From: Nitrososphaera sp.
Lineage (GTDB): Archaea > Thermoproteota > Nitrososphaeria > Nitrososphaerales > Nitrososphaeraceae
Reading direction: 5' to 3'
Assembly (NCBI RefSeq): GCF_013388945.1
Contig: NZ_JACAEH010000012.1
Location: 5,303 to 69,302 of the forward strand
DNA length: 64,000 nucleotides
The notes beneath the pieces were generated by a model that was given only the letters and a program-made list of their open reading frames with translations, did no database searches and was not told where the DNA came from. Both the position numbers and the translations under genes were made by a program. Shown here one piece after another: positions 16,616 to 25,863 of the stretch (position 1 is its first letter; each line of letters starts with the position of its first letter).

Positions 16616-16861
16616 CAGATAGTGTCGATACTACTATCGAGCGTCAGTTAATATAGTTATCACGATGAGAGTGCCGCCGATAGCGCCACGGGGCAAAGAC
16701 TGGAAGTATTGTCAGCTTTTAGGACCCGGCAGAAAGTCATTATAATTTTCACTTCGTAGAGTAGCTGCTCCTGGAAGTTGGTCCAGCAACGGAGTAGGGT
16801 CAGGGGGTTGGCTGGAAACAACTGTACTTCACAAAATCTCCCCTGGCCCTTCTTTGGACGG

Positions 16862-17386
16862 CTATGCTGTAGAGATGCTGCACGAGAGCGACGGCGTAAC
16901 CAGGAGCGGTGAAAACGCATAGACACCCCTTTCCGACCAGTAGGCAATCCGGCGCTCCTCCTCCTTCCTGCGCCTCTGCTCCAAAAGCAGGCCGGCTATG
17001 TTGCGCGTCCGGTCAAGGTGGTTGAAGACTATCATGTACGACATGCGCTCAAGCAGGTTCCTGATTGCGGCGTATATCCTCTGCATGAGGCCGTCGCGCA
17101 CCTCGGATATCCCTTGCAGCTGCTCTATCGAGGTCTTGGAGTCGCTCCGTATGTTGACCACGACGCGCTTTTTCCTCTGGCCCTCGGCCATCCTCCTTAT
17201 GTTCCGCTGGTTGTCTGCAAGTGCAAAGTAGATGGCAAGCATCTCCATGCGCTGCACGCCGTACCTGTCGTTTCGAATCGAAGGCCTGAGCGCGCGTATC
17301 CTGCTTGCGTTTGTAGAGTGGTTGTACCAGGCAATGTATCCAGAAGGCGATCCGTCGGCATCAATCGTGATGCTTGAGAGACGCAA
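16862..17386 (-). CDS. RNase H-like (RVT_3-type) domain protein, divergent
   Basis: DADG ... EMLAIYFAL ... IRSDSKTSI follows the D-E-D order of RNase HI. The last acidic position reads NIAGLL instead of N..AD.LA. Confidence 0.6.
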   Translation of the reverse strand: MRLSSITIDADGSPSGYIAWYNHSTNASRIRALRPSIRNDRYGVQRMEMLAIYFALADNQRNIRRMAEGQRKKRVVVNIRSDSKTSIEQLQGISEVRDGLMQRIYAAIRNLLERMSYMIVFNHLDRTRNIAGLLLEQRRRKEEERRIAYWSERGVYAFSPLLVTPSLSCSISTA

Positions 17387-17454
17387 TCCGTGACTTTATA
17401 CGGATACCCTTCTTTATGCCCTCACTGCTCACAAAAAATTTACCAGCCGTTCAA

Positions 17455-17667
17455 CTATGTGAGACAACGCGCATAGTACGCGTATTTTTTCATGAAAAAC
17501 GCGCCGTTCTTGCGCACAACGTCCCTGAAAAGCTCGGGCTGGGCGCTGAACGCCGGCGTGTTTGAGGAGTAGTGGCCGCAGTGCCAGCATATCTGCTCGG
17601 TCCAGCGTCCGTCGCGGTACTCGTACAGCCTTTTGCCGCAGGCAGGGCAGGCGGCGAACATGCGCAA
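17455..17667 (-). CDS. Small zinc-ribbon protein
   Basis: CPACGKRL...x14...CWHCGH (two CxxC pairs), 70 aa. Confidence 0.5.
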   Translation of the reverse strand: MRMFAACPACGKRLYEYRDGRWTEQICWHCGHYSSNTPAFSAQPELFRDVVRKNGAFFMKKYAYYARCLT

Positions 17668-17744
17668 GCATTTCGCGATAGCTTTTCTACCATGCTGCTC
17701 AACGATTTTTTATAAACTGCTAGAATTGGTTTAAATCCCGCCCG

Positions 17745-18125
17745 TTGCGGCTTAAGACCGGCTTGAGCGACGAGGTAAAGATATCGCTTCAGGAAAAGCA
17801 GGTTGCCGCAGGCCAGGAGCTCCACGGCACGGTCACGATAAACTACACCGGCAGGTGGGACTCTGTCGTCATCAACTCGCAGATAGAAAATTCAAGCGAC
17901 GTGTTCTCGTACAGCCTGCTCAACGGCAAAAAGATCAGGCACCCCTACGCCAGGCTCTCGATATTCAAGGACGAGCTGAAAGGCAAGACAGTTGTCGAGT
18001 TTGTCTCGTCTACAAATCACGTGCCTGCCGGCGAGTCTTCAAGCGTCAAGTTCCGCGTCTCGCTCATACAGGAGCACAAGGAGATATTCTCAGACATTGC
18101 ATACATCAAGGTAGTAAAGGCCTAG
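17745..18125 (+). CDS. Hypothetical beta-rich protein
   Basis: 126-codon ORF with host-like codon usage. No motif recognised. Confidence 0.5.
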   Translation: MRLKTGLSDEVKISLQEKQVAAGQELHGTVTINYTGRWDSVVINSQIENSSDVFSYSLLNGKKIRHPYARLSIFKDELKGKTVVEFVSSTNHVPAGESSSVKFRVSLIQEHKEIFSDIAYIKVVKA

Positions 18126-18592
18126 GCAAAGTTCTCGATTACTTCAATCTCGGCCTGCATCCAAGGGTGCGGCTCGCAGTGGTAGGCGTACGTGCCCACC
18201 TTCGTGAATGTAAACTCGTATGTTTCGCCGCCAGCCACCAGTCCGATGCTGTCTATAGTGTTAAACGGTCCATTTATGGCATCCACATAGCCGTCATCGC
18301 TTGTCACCGTGTGGGCGACCTCGTCATCATTCTGCCAGATGATGTGATTGTCGATGCCGATCGTGGAACGCACGTGCTTTGGCTCAAAGAACTTGCCGTT
18401 GCTTTCAACAGACGAACCTGGCGCGATCTTGATGGTCAGCGTTTCTGGCGGATTGAGGACCTCTTCTGGCAGGTGAGGCTTGGCGTTTACCTCCGGGATG
18501 TAGACGTACTGGTAGTAGCCGATGCTCACGCCCACTGCAATCACAAAAGCCACGATGCTGATGCCGCCGGCGTTGCTTGCCATCTTGATCAC
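18122..18592 (-). CDS. Membrane-anchored blue (type 1) copper protein, plastocyanin-like
   Basis: N-terminal TM helix. Cu ligands are H (VAHTVTSDD) and C-x2-H-x2-M in YAYHCEPHPWMQAEIEV. Confidence 0.85.
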   Translation of the reverse strand: MIKMASNAGGISIVAFVIAVGVSIGYYQYVYIPEVNAKPHLPEEVLNPPETLTIKIAPGSSVESNGKFFEPKHVRSTIGIDNHIIWQNDDEVAHTVTSDDGYVDAINGPFNTIDSIGLVAGGETYEFTFTKVGTYAYHCEPHPWMQAEIEVIENFA

Positions 18593-18625
18593 TCTGTTTT
18601 TATTTTCACATATAAAGTTTGAGAA

Positions 18626-20215
18626 TCAGGTCTTTTTGGGCTCGGGATTCTCTTGTGGGCTCGCTTGTGCAGACTTGGTTCCTGCCGGAGCGCTTGCAGT
18701 CTTTTGCGGCGGGAGCTCTGCAGGCTTTTCAACAGGCTTTGCCGGCTGCTGGCCTGGCGGCGCGGCAAGCGGCTTTTCCTGCGCGGGTGCCGCCGGTGCG
18801 GGCTTGGGTGCAGCAGGTGCTGCCTTTGGAGCCGGAGGCGTCGGCTTGGGCGGAGGAGCCTTTGCCTGTGCCTTGCCGTACCTGTACAGGTGGAACATGC
18901 CTGCAAACACGAGCATCATGATGCCGACTATGAACAGCGAGTAGTTCTTCATGCCGTCAAGCATCGCATAGTAGGCCGCGATATTGAGGTACACCTGGAA
19001 GCCCAGAAGCACGACAAACAACGCATAAAGCCATTTCTGCGATATCTCTATCGAGGACTTGCCTGCCTTCTTGGGCTGCGCCTTGGCGTTTGCCTCCGCG
19101 TGCTTGGCGAGCTTTATCATCATGTAGGTAAAGCCAAACGACAGCGGGACCAGCAGTATCATGACCAGATAGAAGAATATCGGGTCGATGACAAGGCGCT
19201 CGAGCAGCGGCTTTGCCCTGTCGGGGTCGATGTAGAATCCCCAGTACGTGGTTACTATTATCTGCGCAAGGCTCGTGATGCCCACCGCGGTGATGATGGG
19301 CCTGTCCTTCCAGGAGAATTTCTTGTACTTGTCGACAAACGGTATCAGCAATAGCGCCCCTATGAACAGCCCCGGCCACGCCACGCCTGTCACGAACTTG
19401 TCGTACATGGTGCGCAAAAAGGCGTACAGACCTGTGAGGTACCACTCTGGAACGGTGATGCCCGGCGGCTTGTCAGGCTCAAACGGCAGGCCCAAGCCAA
19501 CAGGGAACACGCCTCCTGTCAGCATCATTGCGCCTGATACTGCCATGACCATCGGCACGTCGAATACCAGAAAGCGCGGGAAGTGCACCACCATGAGCCC
19601 GAGCAACGCTATTGGCAGCATGAACACGTGGAAAGTGTAGAAGCGCAGGATAAAGTCGTGGAACCCTGCGCCAAAGAACGCGTCGCGCATCTGCGGCCCC
19701 ATTATAGGTATCGAGTTTGTCAGCGACGCCGCGATGGATATTGCCAGCTCTGCGCGCTCGGAGAATATGATGTCATAGCCGGTGAACGCCTCGAGAATAG
19801 TGAGGACGCCGAGAATGACGCCTGTCACCCACAGGATCTCGTTTCGGATCTTGTACCTGCCGCTAAAGTACTGGTAGTACATGTGGAGCAGGGCAAGCAT
19901 GACCATGCCGTTTGAAGCGTGGTAGTGTATGTTGCGGATATGGAAGCCGTAGGGTATGGTGTCGTTGATGTTTTCCACGCTGTGCCAGGCCCTGTCAAGT
20001 ATCGGCTCGTACCAGAGCATGAGCAGCGCGCCCGTTATGCCAAGTATGATGAAAACGACAAAAGTGAGCATGCCGAGGAAGCCAAGCGGGCTCACGAACC
20101 TGCCGGGGAACGTGAACTTCATCCCCATGAATATAGTTCGCTCTACCCCGGCGTACACCCACCGGAAGAACCTCGTCAGGCTGTTCTCATACGTTAAGGA
20201 AACGCCCATATCCAA
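18626..20215 (-). CDS. Cytochrome b (complex III / b6f-type) with a Pro/Ala/Lys-rich C-terminal tail
   Basis: Polytopic protein with conserved His-containing helices (HYHASNGMV, FHVFMLP). Lies downstream of the Rieske gene. Has a 79-aa low-complexity tail. Confidence 0.85.
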   Translation of the reverse strand: MDMGVSLTYENSLTRFFRWVYAGVERTIFMGMKFTFPGRFVSPLGFLGMLTFVVFIILGITGALLMLWYEPILDRAWHSVENINDTIPYGFHIRNIHYHASNGMVMLALLHMYYQYFSGRYKIRNEILWVTGVILGVLTILEAFTGYDIIFSERAELAISIAASLTNSIPIMGPQMRDAFFGAGFHDFILRFYTFHVFMLPIALLGLMVVHFPRFLVFDVPMVMAVSGAMMLTGGVFPVGLGLPFEPDKPPGITVPEWYLTGLYAFLRTMYDKFVTGVAWPGLFIGALLLIPFVDKYKKFSWKDRPIITAVGITSLAQIIVTTYWGFYIDPDRAKPLLERLVIDPIFFYLVMILLVPLSFGFTYMMIKLAKHAEANAKAQPKKAGKSSIEISQKWLYALFVVLLGFQVYLNIAAYYAMLDGMKNYSLFIVGIMMLVFAGMFHLYRYGKAQAKAPPPKPTPPAPKAAPAAPKPAPAAPAQEKPLAAPPGQQPAKPVEKPAELPPQKTASAPAGTKSAQASPQENPEPKKT

Positions 20216-20801
20216 TTACTCCGTTTCTATCGGGACTCCACACGGGTGGAACTATCCATATCTTGCCCTCGCTGTCGATTTCGACGTCAAGTTTCGGAAG
20301 CACGTTTGAAGGCGGACCCTGCAGCGACGCTGGCCCTGCAAACGCCTTGCCGGTCAGCGGGTCGTACATGCTGCCGTGGCACGGGCACTCGCCCCTCTTG
20401 CGGCCGTCCTGCGGGAAGTACTTCCACAGGCACCAAAGGTGAAGGCACACCATGCTGTAAACGCGAAAAGCAGAAGCGTCGTTCTTTGCGCCACCGAGCT
20501 CTTCAGGGAGCCTGATGAACTGCCAGGTCCTGAACGCCTCCTTGTTGAGGACCTCGTCCTCGCTCCTCGGGTAGACGATGGCCTCAGAACTGTTGACAGG
20601 AACGTCCCGGACGTTGGCCTGCTCTCCGCTGCTTGGCAGAATCACTGGTTGCCTTTCGCTTACAGCGCCAGCGGGGTTTGGCAGGAACTTGCCCCAGTCA
20701 ACAAATGGCGTAAATGTCATGACGGTACCCGCGGCGGCCATCAGTTTTAGAAAGTCACGCCGGGACACCTTTCCTCCTGTAGCTGGAGGGGTCTGCGCCA
20801 T
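20187..20801 (-). CDS. Rieske [2Fe-2S] protein with Tat signal
   Basis: Twin-arginine SRRDFLKLMAAAG. Rieske boxes CLHLWC and CPCHGS. Confidence 0.9.
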   Translation of the reverse strand: MAQTPPATGGKVSRRDFLKLMAAAGTVMTFTPFVDWGKFLPNPAGAVSERQPVILPSSGEQANVRDVPVNSSEAIVYPRSEDEVLNKEAFRTWQFIRLPEELGGAKNDASAFRVYSMVCLHLWCLWKYFPQDGRKRGECPCHGSMYDPLTGKAFAGPASLQGPPSNVLPKLDVEIDSEGKIWIVPPVWSPDRNGVIGYGRFLNV

Positions 20802-20859
20802 ACAGCAAAAACCTCTTTGAATTTCTTAATAAACGTTTGTCCGAGATGTACAGTGGTGC

Positions 20860-21354
20860 TCAGCTGCTGCCGGCCCAAGGAGTGCCTTCGAGCTTGGCGT
20901 ACTTCAAGTGCGCGCCCGCGCTGTCCGCGCCTTCGACTTTGGCGCCTGTCAGGTTTGCCTCCACGAAAACTGTCTGCGACATCTTTATTCCGGTCATGTC
21001 GGCGCCCTGCAGGTTTGCCCACATAAAGTTTGCACGCGTGGCGTCTGCCCCTGCAAGCTTGGCTCCCTTCATCTCTGCGTACATGAACAGCGTCTCTGTG
21101 CAGTTGGCGCGCTCAAAATTTGCGCCGTTCAGGTCCGCCTGGACAAAGTTTGTTCCTGACAGGTTTGCGCCGGCAAAGTTGGCGTTTGGCGCGACCACGC
21201 CGTTAAGGTACGCCCCTGCAAGGTTCTTGCCTGAAAAGTTCTTGCCTGAAAAGTCGAGCTTGATTGTGAGGTTTGACATCCTCCACCTGTTAAACTCGGC
21301 TACCTTGCCTTCAGTGAGCAGACTTTCGCCCTGGCTTGACACGACCTGTTCCAT
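20860..21354 (-). CDS. Pentapeptide-repeat protein
   Basis: Consecutive A(D/N)LxG-type pentapeptides (ANLSGTNFVQADLNGANFERANC...). Confidence 0.85.
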   Translation of the reverse strand: MEQVVSSQGESLLTEGKVAEFNRWRMSNLTIKLDFSGKNFSGKNLAGAYLNGVVAPNANFAGANLSGTNFVQADLNGANFERANCTETLFMYAEMKGAKLAGADATRANFMWANLQGADMTGIKMSQTVFVEANLTGAKVEGADSAGAHLKYAKLEGTPWAGSS

Positions 21355-21375
21355 TGGTCAACCACATATATAATT

Positions 21376-22437
21376 TCAGGGATTCCAGGGGTTTATTCCC
21401 TTCTGGAACCGCAGCGCGTCGATGAGCCCCTCCGCATACCCCATGCTGAGGACCGCAAGCTCGTGCTTGCCCTGCGACAAAAAGCGCTCCGCGTCTGCGA
21501 TGTAAAATTCTGCGTTGTCAAGGACCTCGAACATGCCCTTGTTGTCGCCCTGCTCTTTTCGCAGGATGTTTCGCATCTGCGAAAGCGCTTCCTTTGCCTT
21601 TGGCGCGTAGCGCTCCACCATCTGCACAGATATGCGCCTTGTCGACTTGGCGTTGTCAGAAGGCGGATCCAGGCTCACCGTGAGCGCCTCAAGGGCATCG
21701 TGTTCTGTAAAGTGCAGTGAGCCGGGTATTATCAGAGAATGTGGCCCCTGCCCAAAGCCCACGCCTGCAAGCGACTTTATCTTTCCTGACACTATGCGCG
21801 AGTCTTCAGCGCCTATCCGCGACGCGACTATGACAAACGTGTCTTCAGAAATGACGCCGTGGCGCTGGTCGCGCTCGACGTCAAGAAGCATCCTTACTGC
21901 AGTGCACGGGTCCAGAAAGAACGCGCCTTTTTGCTCGTCGTGGCTGTACTCTGTAAGGACAAGCGTGTGGCAGCCGAGAAGCAGGTTGTCAAATACCGTG
22001 TTGTAGACGCTTATGGCAGACTTGGGCTCTGACATCATCGTGACTGTCCTGCCAAACTTGTACATGTGAAGGCCGCACTCGCCCATTATCGAGGCAATGC
22101 CTGACGCGGCGTGGAGCACGCCTGTCTTTATCGAGCCTGCGGCGGCCCTTGTGCGGAGCTCGCTGTGCGTGGTTGCTATGAGCGGGTCACCGTACGTGAC
22201 AAGCGCCACCTGCTTTTCCTTTGCGGCTTCAAGTATCTCCCGGCCGTCTTCGACAAACCAGCGCTGTACAGGCACGGCCTTTTTCCCAATGATGCTGTCA
22301 AGCCCGGCAAGCTCTTTTTTCCCAAGCAGGCTTGTGAACCTCTCGATGTAGACAATGTCGCACTTTTTCAGGACGTCGACCGCGGCCAGGCTGAGGCCGA
22401 GGTGGCCGTTGATGCCGGTGCCTACGAACCAGAGCAT
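21376..22437 (-). CDS. dphB: Diphthine synthase (DphB/Dph5) with ~90 aa C-terminal extension
   Basis: Tetrapyrrole-methylase-type N-terminus MLWFVGTGINGHLGLSLAAVDVLKKCDIVYIERFTS. At 353 aa it is longer than the ~260 aa I recall for archaeal DphB. Confidence 0.85.
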   Translation of the reverse strand: MLWFVGTGINGHLGLSLAAVDVLKKCDIVYIERFTSLLGKKELAGLDSIIGKKAVPVQRWFVEDGREILEAAKEKQVALVTYGDPLIATTHSELRTRAAAGSIKTGVLHAASGIASIMGECGLHMYKFGRTVTMMSEPKSAISVYNTVFDNLLLGCHTLVLTEYSHDEQKGAFFLDPCTAVRMLLDVERDQRHGVISEDTFVIVASRIGAEDSRIVSGKIKSLAGVGFGQGPHSLIIPGSLHFTEHDALEALTVSLDPPSDNAKSTRRISVQMVERYAPKAKEALSQMRNILRKEQGDNKGMFEVLDNAEFYIADAERFLSQGKHELAVLSMGYAEGLIDALRFQKGINPWNP

Positions 22438-22468
22438 GCAACCGGGGCAGCTTGCGGCCTATATGATG

Positions 22469-23590
22469 TTACTTTTTGTCCTTGCGCATCTTGTGTATGC
22501 GCGACATGTGGAAAAGCGCCCTGCTGAACACGTCGATGCTTGCCACGTATTCGTCGACGTTCACGCGCTCGTCGGCTGTGTGCGAGTCGTGTGGGTCGCC
22601 GGGGCCGTATGTCACGACGGGTATCCTAAACGCGTTTCCAAGCACGTTCATGTCACCGGTTCCCGTCTTGCGCAAAAGCGTCGGGCGCTTTTTGCGCACG
22701 TCAAGGACGCCTAGCGACAGGGCGCGAACGAGCGCAGACGAGTGGTCCGCCTCAAAAGGCTCGGTCTTGTCCTCTATGCGGTACGTTGCTTTCACGCCCT
22801 TTTCCTTTGCCACGCGGCTTATCACCGCGTCCACGGTGTCAAGCACGCTCTGGCAGTTTGTTATAGTCGGGATGCGCATGTCAATCGTTATCTTGCACTT
22901 TTGCGGCGTCACGTTGTGGCTCGAGCCTCCGCTTATCTCTGTCAGGCTGCAGCTGATAGAGTTGGCCTTGTTTGGAGCCGTGCCTACGCGCTCTATCTCT
23001 GACTTGATAGCCTTCCAGAAATCGTACATCTCTTCCACGGAGTTTCGCGCAAGCCAGGGGGCGCTTGCGTGCGCGCTGTCGCCCACGTCGCAGGTGAGCC
23101 GGAGAGCGAGCCTGCCCTTGTACGCAATTGTGATGTTCTCGATGCCGGAAGGCTCGCCGAACATGGCATAGTCAACTGCAAGCTTGCTCTTCACGAGGTG
23201 CTTGACGCCGGTCGCGTTTCCCTCCTCGTCGACCACGCCTGCAAATATTACGGTGCCGCTCTGCTTTGGAAACTGCGATGCCGCAAGGAGCATTGCGATG
23301 AGCGGCGCCTTGGCGTCCGACGCGCCGCGTCCGTACAGGTGGCCGTCCTCGATGCGCACGGGCACCTGTCCCGGCACGGTGTCCATGTGGCCGCAGAGCA
23401 GTATGCGCGGCTCGCCCGTGCCCTTTGAAGCAATCACGTTGCCGACGCTGTCGATTGACACCTGCTCAAAGCCAAGCTCGTTTGTGCACTTGTCCTTGAG
23501 CATGTTTGCTAGCGCCGCTTCTGACCTTGAAGGCGTGTACAGCTCTAGCGCCTTTTGCAAAAGCTCCACCGCGTAGCTTGGCGATACCAA
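22469..23590 (-). CDS. lysK: [LysW]-lysine/ornithine hydrolase (LysK/ArgE, M20 peptidase)
   Basis: M20 motifs LLCGHMDTVPG, GRGASDAKAP, DEEG. Last gene of the lysW-lysX cluster. Confidence 0.8.
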   Translation of the reverse strand: MVSPSYAVELLQKALELYTPSRSEAALANMLKDKCTNELGFEQVSIDSVGNVIASKGTGEPRILLCGHMDTVPGQVPVRIEDGHLYGRGASDAKAPLIAMLLAASQFPKQSGTVIFAGVVDEEGNATGVKHLVKSKLAVDYAMFGEPSGIENITIAYKGRLALRLTCDVGDSAHASAPWLARNSVEEMYDFWKAIKSEIERVGTAPNKANSISCSLTEISGGSSHNVTPQKCKITIDMRIPTITNCQSVLDTVDAVISRVAKEKGVKATYRIEDKTEPFEADHSSALVRALSLGVLDVRKKRPTLLRKTGTGDMNVLGNAFRIPVVTYGPGDPHDSHTADERVNVDEYVASIDVFSRALFHMSRIHKMRKDKK

Positions 23591-23595
23591 TTTTC

Positions 23596-24459
23596 TTACC
23601 TTTTGTAAAGTGACAGGGCGTAATCAACCATTAGGCTTGGGATGTCGACGCCCGTTACCCGGACCGTGTTCTTGAACTCTGTCGTGTTGTTCACCTCGTG
23701 CACCATCAGCCCGTCGTCGCCCTCCATCAGGTCGACGCCCACTATCTGGCCGCCGACTGCCCTCGTGGCTTTCATGCAGATGTCGTTCAGCTCTTCTGTG
23801 ACGGGGCACACCTCTGCCCGGCCGCCAAGCGCCATGTTGGTCTTCCACTCGCCGTCGCCAGAGTAGCGGTAGATTGCCGCAACCACCCTGTCGCCAACGA
23901 CAATAGCACGGATGTCCCGGGGCGGGCGCTTTACAAACTCTTCAAAGTAATAGATGTGATACAGTGGGAACATGTGCTCCCTGTCCTCGATTACCGCCCG
24001 CGCGGCGTCCCTGTCGCGCAAGAGCCCTATCATCCTGCCCCAGCTTCCGACGGTTGGCTTTATCACGGCAGGATAGCCAAACTCGTCAAGCGCCTGGATT
24101 GCTGCTTCTTCTGAAAACGCGGCTATCGCCTTTGGCGTCCTGACGCCGGCCTTTTCAAGCTCCATGTGGGCAAACAGCTTGTTACCCGTAATGCCTGCGA
24201 CTTTGAGCGGGTTTATCACCTTGGCGCCGAGCCCCTCAAGTGCCGCCGTTGCGTGCAGGCTCTTGAAATAAGACACGCTACGCTGGAGTACCACCCTGTC
24301 TTTGAAGTCGGACTGACCGCCGAGCCTCAGGCGCAGCGCCTTGATGTCGACGTTTTCTACCGAGACTCCCTTTTTCCGGGCTGCCTCGTAGAGCGCCTTT
24401 TCCTCCCACCGGATGGTATCGTAGAGAATAGCAAGGGTGTTGCCGTCGCCGGCGCTCAC
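23596..24459 (-). CDS. lysX: Alpha-aminoadipate--LysW ligase (LysX, RimK-type ATP-grasp)
   Basis: ATP-grasp motifs. The GTG start overlaps the lysW stop (GTGA). Confidence 0.85.
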   Translation of the reverse strand: MSAGDGNTLAILYDTIRWEEKALYEAARKKGVSVENVDIKALRLRLGGQSDFKDRVVLQRSVSYFKSLHATAALEGLGAKVINPLKVAGITGNKLFAHMELEKAGVRTPKAIAAFSEEAAIQALDEFGYPAVIKPTVGSWGRMIGLLRDRDAARAVIEDREHMFPLYHIYYFEEFVKRPPRDIRAIVVGDRVVAAIYRYSGDGEWKTNMALGGRAEVCPVTEELNDICMKATRAVGGQIVGVDLMEGDDGLMVHEVNNTTEFKNTVRVTGVDIPSLMVDYALSLYKR

Positions 24460-24623
24460 TGTCCCCAGTCCTCTCCGACAACCTGAGCTGGTTTTATGTC
24501 AAACCCGTTTGCGCCCTTGACCAGCTCGTAGCTGGCGCCGCAGTCGGGGCAGGTGACAATCTCGCCCTCTATAGAGTCAGTCGGGACCTTTATCTCTGCA
24601 TCGCATTCTGGACAGCTGACCAT
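24456..24623 (-). CDS. lysW: Amino-group carrier protein LysW (55 aa), not in the ORF track
   Basis: MVSCPECDAEIKVPTDSIEGEIVTCPDCGASYELVKGANGFDIKPAQVVGEDWGQ. It has a zinc ribbon (CPEC...CPDC) plus the acidic EDWG C-terminus characteristic of LysW. Confidence 0.85.
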   Translation of the reverse strand: MVSCPECDAEIKVPTDSIEGEIVTCPDCGASYELVKGANGFDIKPAQVVGEDWGQ

Positions 24624-24627
24624 TTCC

Positions 24628-25863
24628 TTATTCCTTCTTGCCTACTTTCATCGGCTCGTCATTAAGTATCTTTCTCTCGAGCCTTTCGTCAAGGTAGAGC
24701 TCCAGTATGTCTCCCATGCGAAGCTCCTTGAGGCCTTTCGCAAGCTGCTCTGCCTCGTGCTTGGTAGTCTCTAGCCCCAAGAGCGAGAGGAGGTAGGCGG
24801 CGCCGTTCTTGCCTGCAAGCTCGCCAAACACTATCTTGCGCCGGTTGCCCACTATCTTTGGCTCGATTATCTCGTATGCGGCCGGGTTGCGCAGGATGGC
24901 CGCGAGGTGCGTGCCTGCCTTGTGCTTGTAGGCGCTGTCGCCGACAATTGGCTTTGACTCGGGGACGCCGAGGTCGACGTATTCTGATATCGTCTTTGAC
25001 AGATCCTTGAGCATGTGCAGGCGCAGGTCGTTGTTTGACTTGTATATCAGCGAGAGCGCGACCGCGGTCTCGGCAAGCGACGGGATGCCGGTGCGCTCGC
25101 CAAAGCCGTCTATTGTGGTGTGTATCTGGTCTGCACCTGCCTCGCAGCCTGCCAGCGCGTTGGCAAGGGCAAGCCCCACGTCGTTGTGGCAGTGCACGTC
25201 AAGCGACGTTCGCGAGCGGTCAATGTTGTCGTAGACCATCCTCACTAATTGATACATTCCTCTTGGGCGCATGATGCCAACTGTGTCAGGGATGCTGATG
25301 CGCTCGATGCCGCGCCTGTTCATCTCCTTGCACATCTCGACGAGGAACTCGGGCTCGGTCCTGCTTGCATCTTCCATTGTAAAGCGCGACTTTAGCCCGT
25401 GCGCCTTGATATAGTCGGCCACTTCAAGCGCGCGGATCTTTGCCTCTTCGCGGCTTATCTTTAGTTTTGCCGCCAAATGAATGTCAGAAATGCCCATGTA
25501 TGTGGCGACCCACGTCGCACCGCAGTCGATTGCCACGTCGACGTCTGACTTTATCGCGCGCACGTGCGCCACGATGTCGGCGCGCAGGCCCTGTTTGATT
25601 ATTGTCTTTGTGGCCTCGACGTGGTCCGGCGACACGACCGGGCTTATCTCTATCTGGTCGACGCCAAAAGAGTCGAGCATCCAGGCTATCTGGATCCTCT
25701 GCTTGATGGTGAAGGCAACGCCCGGGTGCTGCTCGCCTTCCCTAAGAGTGCTGTCAAGTATCCTAACCTTTCTTCCGGATGTGGCGGCGTCCTGGCCCCC
25801 CATCTTGTTGTACATGTGCGCGTAGTAGTTCGGATCGTCTGATTTTAGCGACATTTCTGCCAT
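24628..25863 (-). CDS. Homocitrate synthase / 2-isopropylmalate-synthase family (first step of the AAA lysine pathway)
   Basis: DSTLREGEQ, HCHNDVGLA and the DRE-TIM lyase pattern. Start set at ATG 25863; the longer ORF-track start would run into argH. Confidence 0.8.
   Translation of the reverse strand: MAEMSLKSDDPNYYAHMYNKMGGQDAATSGRKVRILDSTLREGEQHPGVAFTIKQRIQIAWMLDSFGVDQIEISPVVSPDHVEATKTIIKQGLRADIVAHVRAIKSDVDVAIDCGATWVATYMGISDIHLAAKLKISREEAKIRALEVADYIKAHGLKSRFTMEDASRTEPEFLVEMCKEMNRRGIERISIPDTVGIMRPRGMYQLVRMVYDNIDRSRTSLDVHCHNDVGLALANALAGCEAGADQIHTTIDGFGERTGIPSLAETAVALSLIYKSNNDLRLHMLKDLSKTISEYVDLGVPESKPIVGDSAYKHKAGTHLAAILRNPAAYEIIEPKIVGNRRKIVFGELAGKNGAAYLLSLLGLETTKHEAEQLAKGLKELRMGDILELYLDERLERKILNDEPMKVGKKE

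Noticed and set aside
16620-16860. ~200 bp unassigned sequence downstream of the RNase H-like gene, considered as a possible ncRNA (SRP RNA or RNase P RNA)
   Set aside because: I could not find the conserved SRP or RNase P motifs, or a convincing extended secondary structure, by eye. It needs an Rfam/Infernal scan.
18589-18944. Several ORFs overlapping the 3' end of cytochrome b
   Set aside because: They are alternative-frame and antisense readings of the Pro/Ala/Lys low-complexity tail (poly-Ala/Gly/Arg products).
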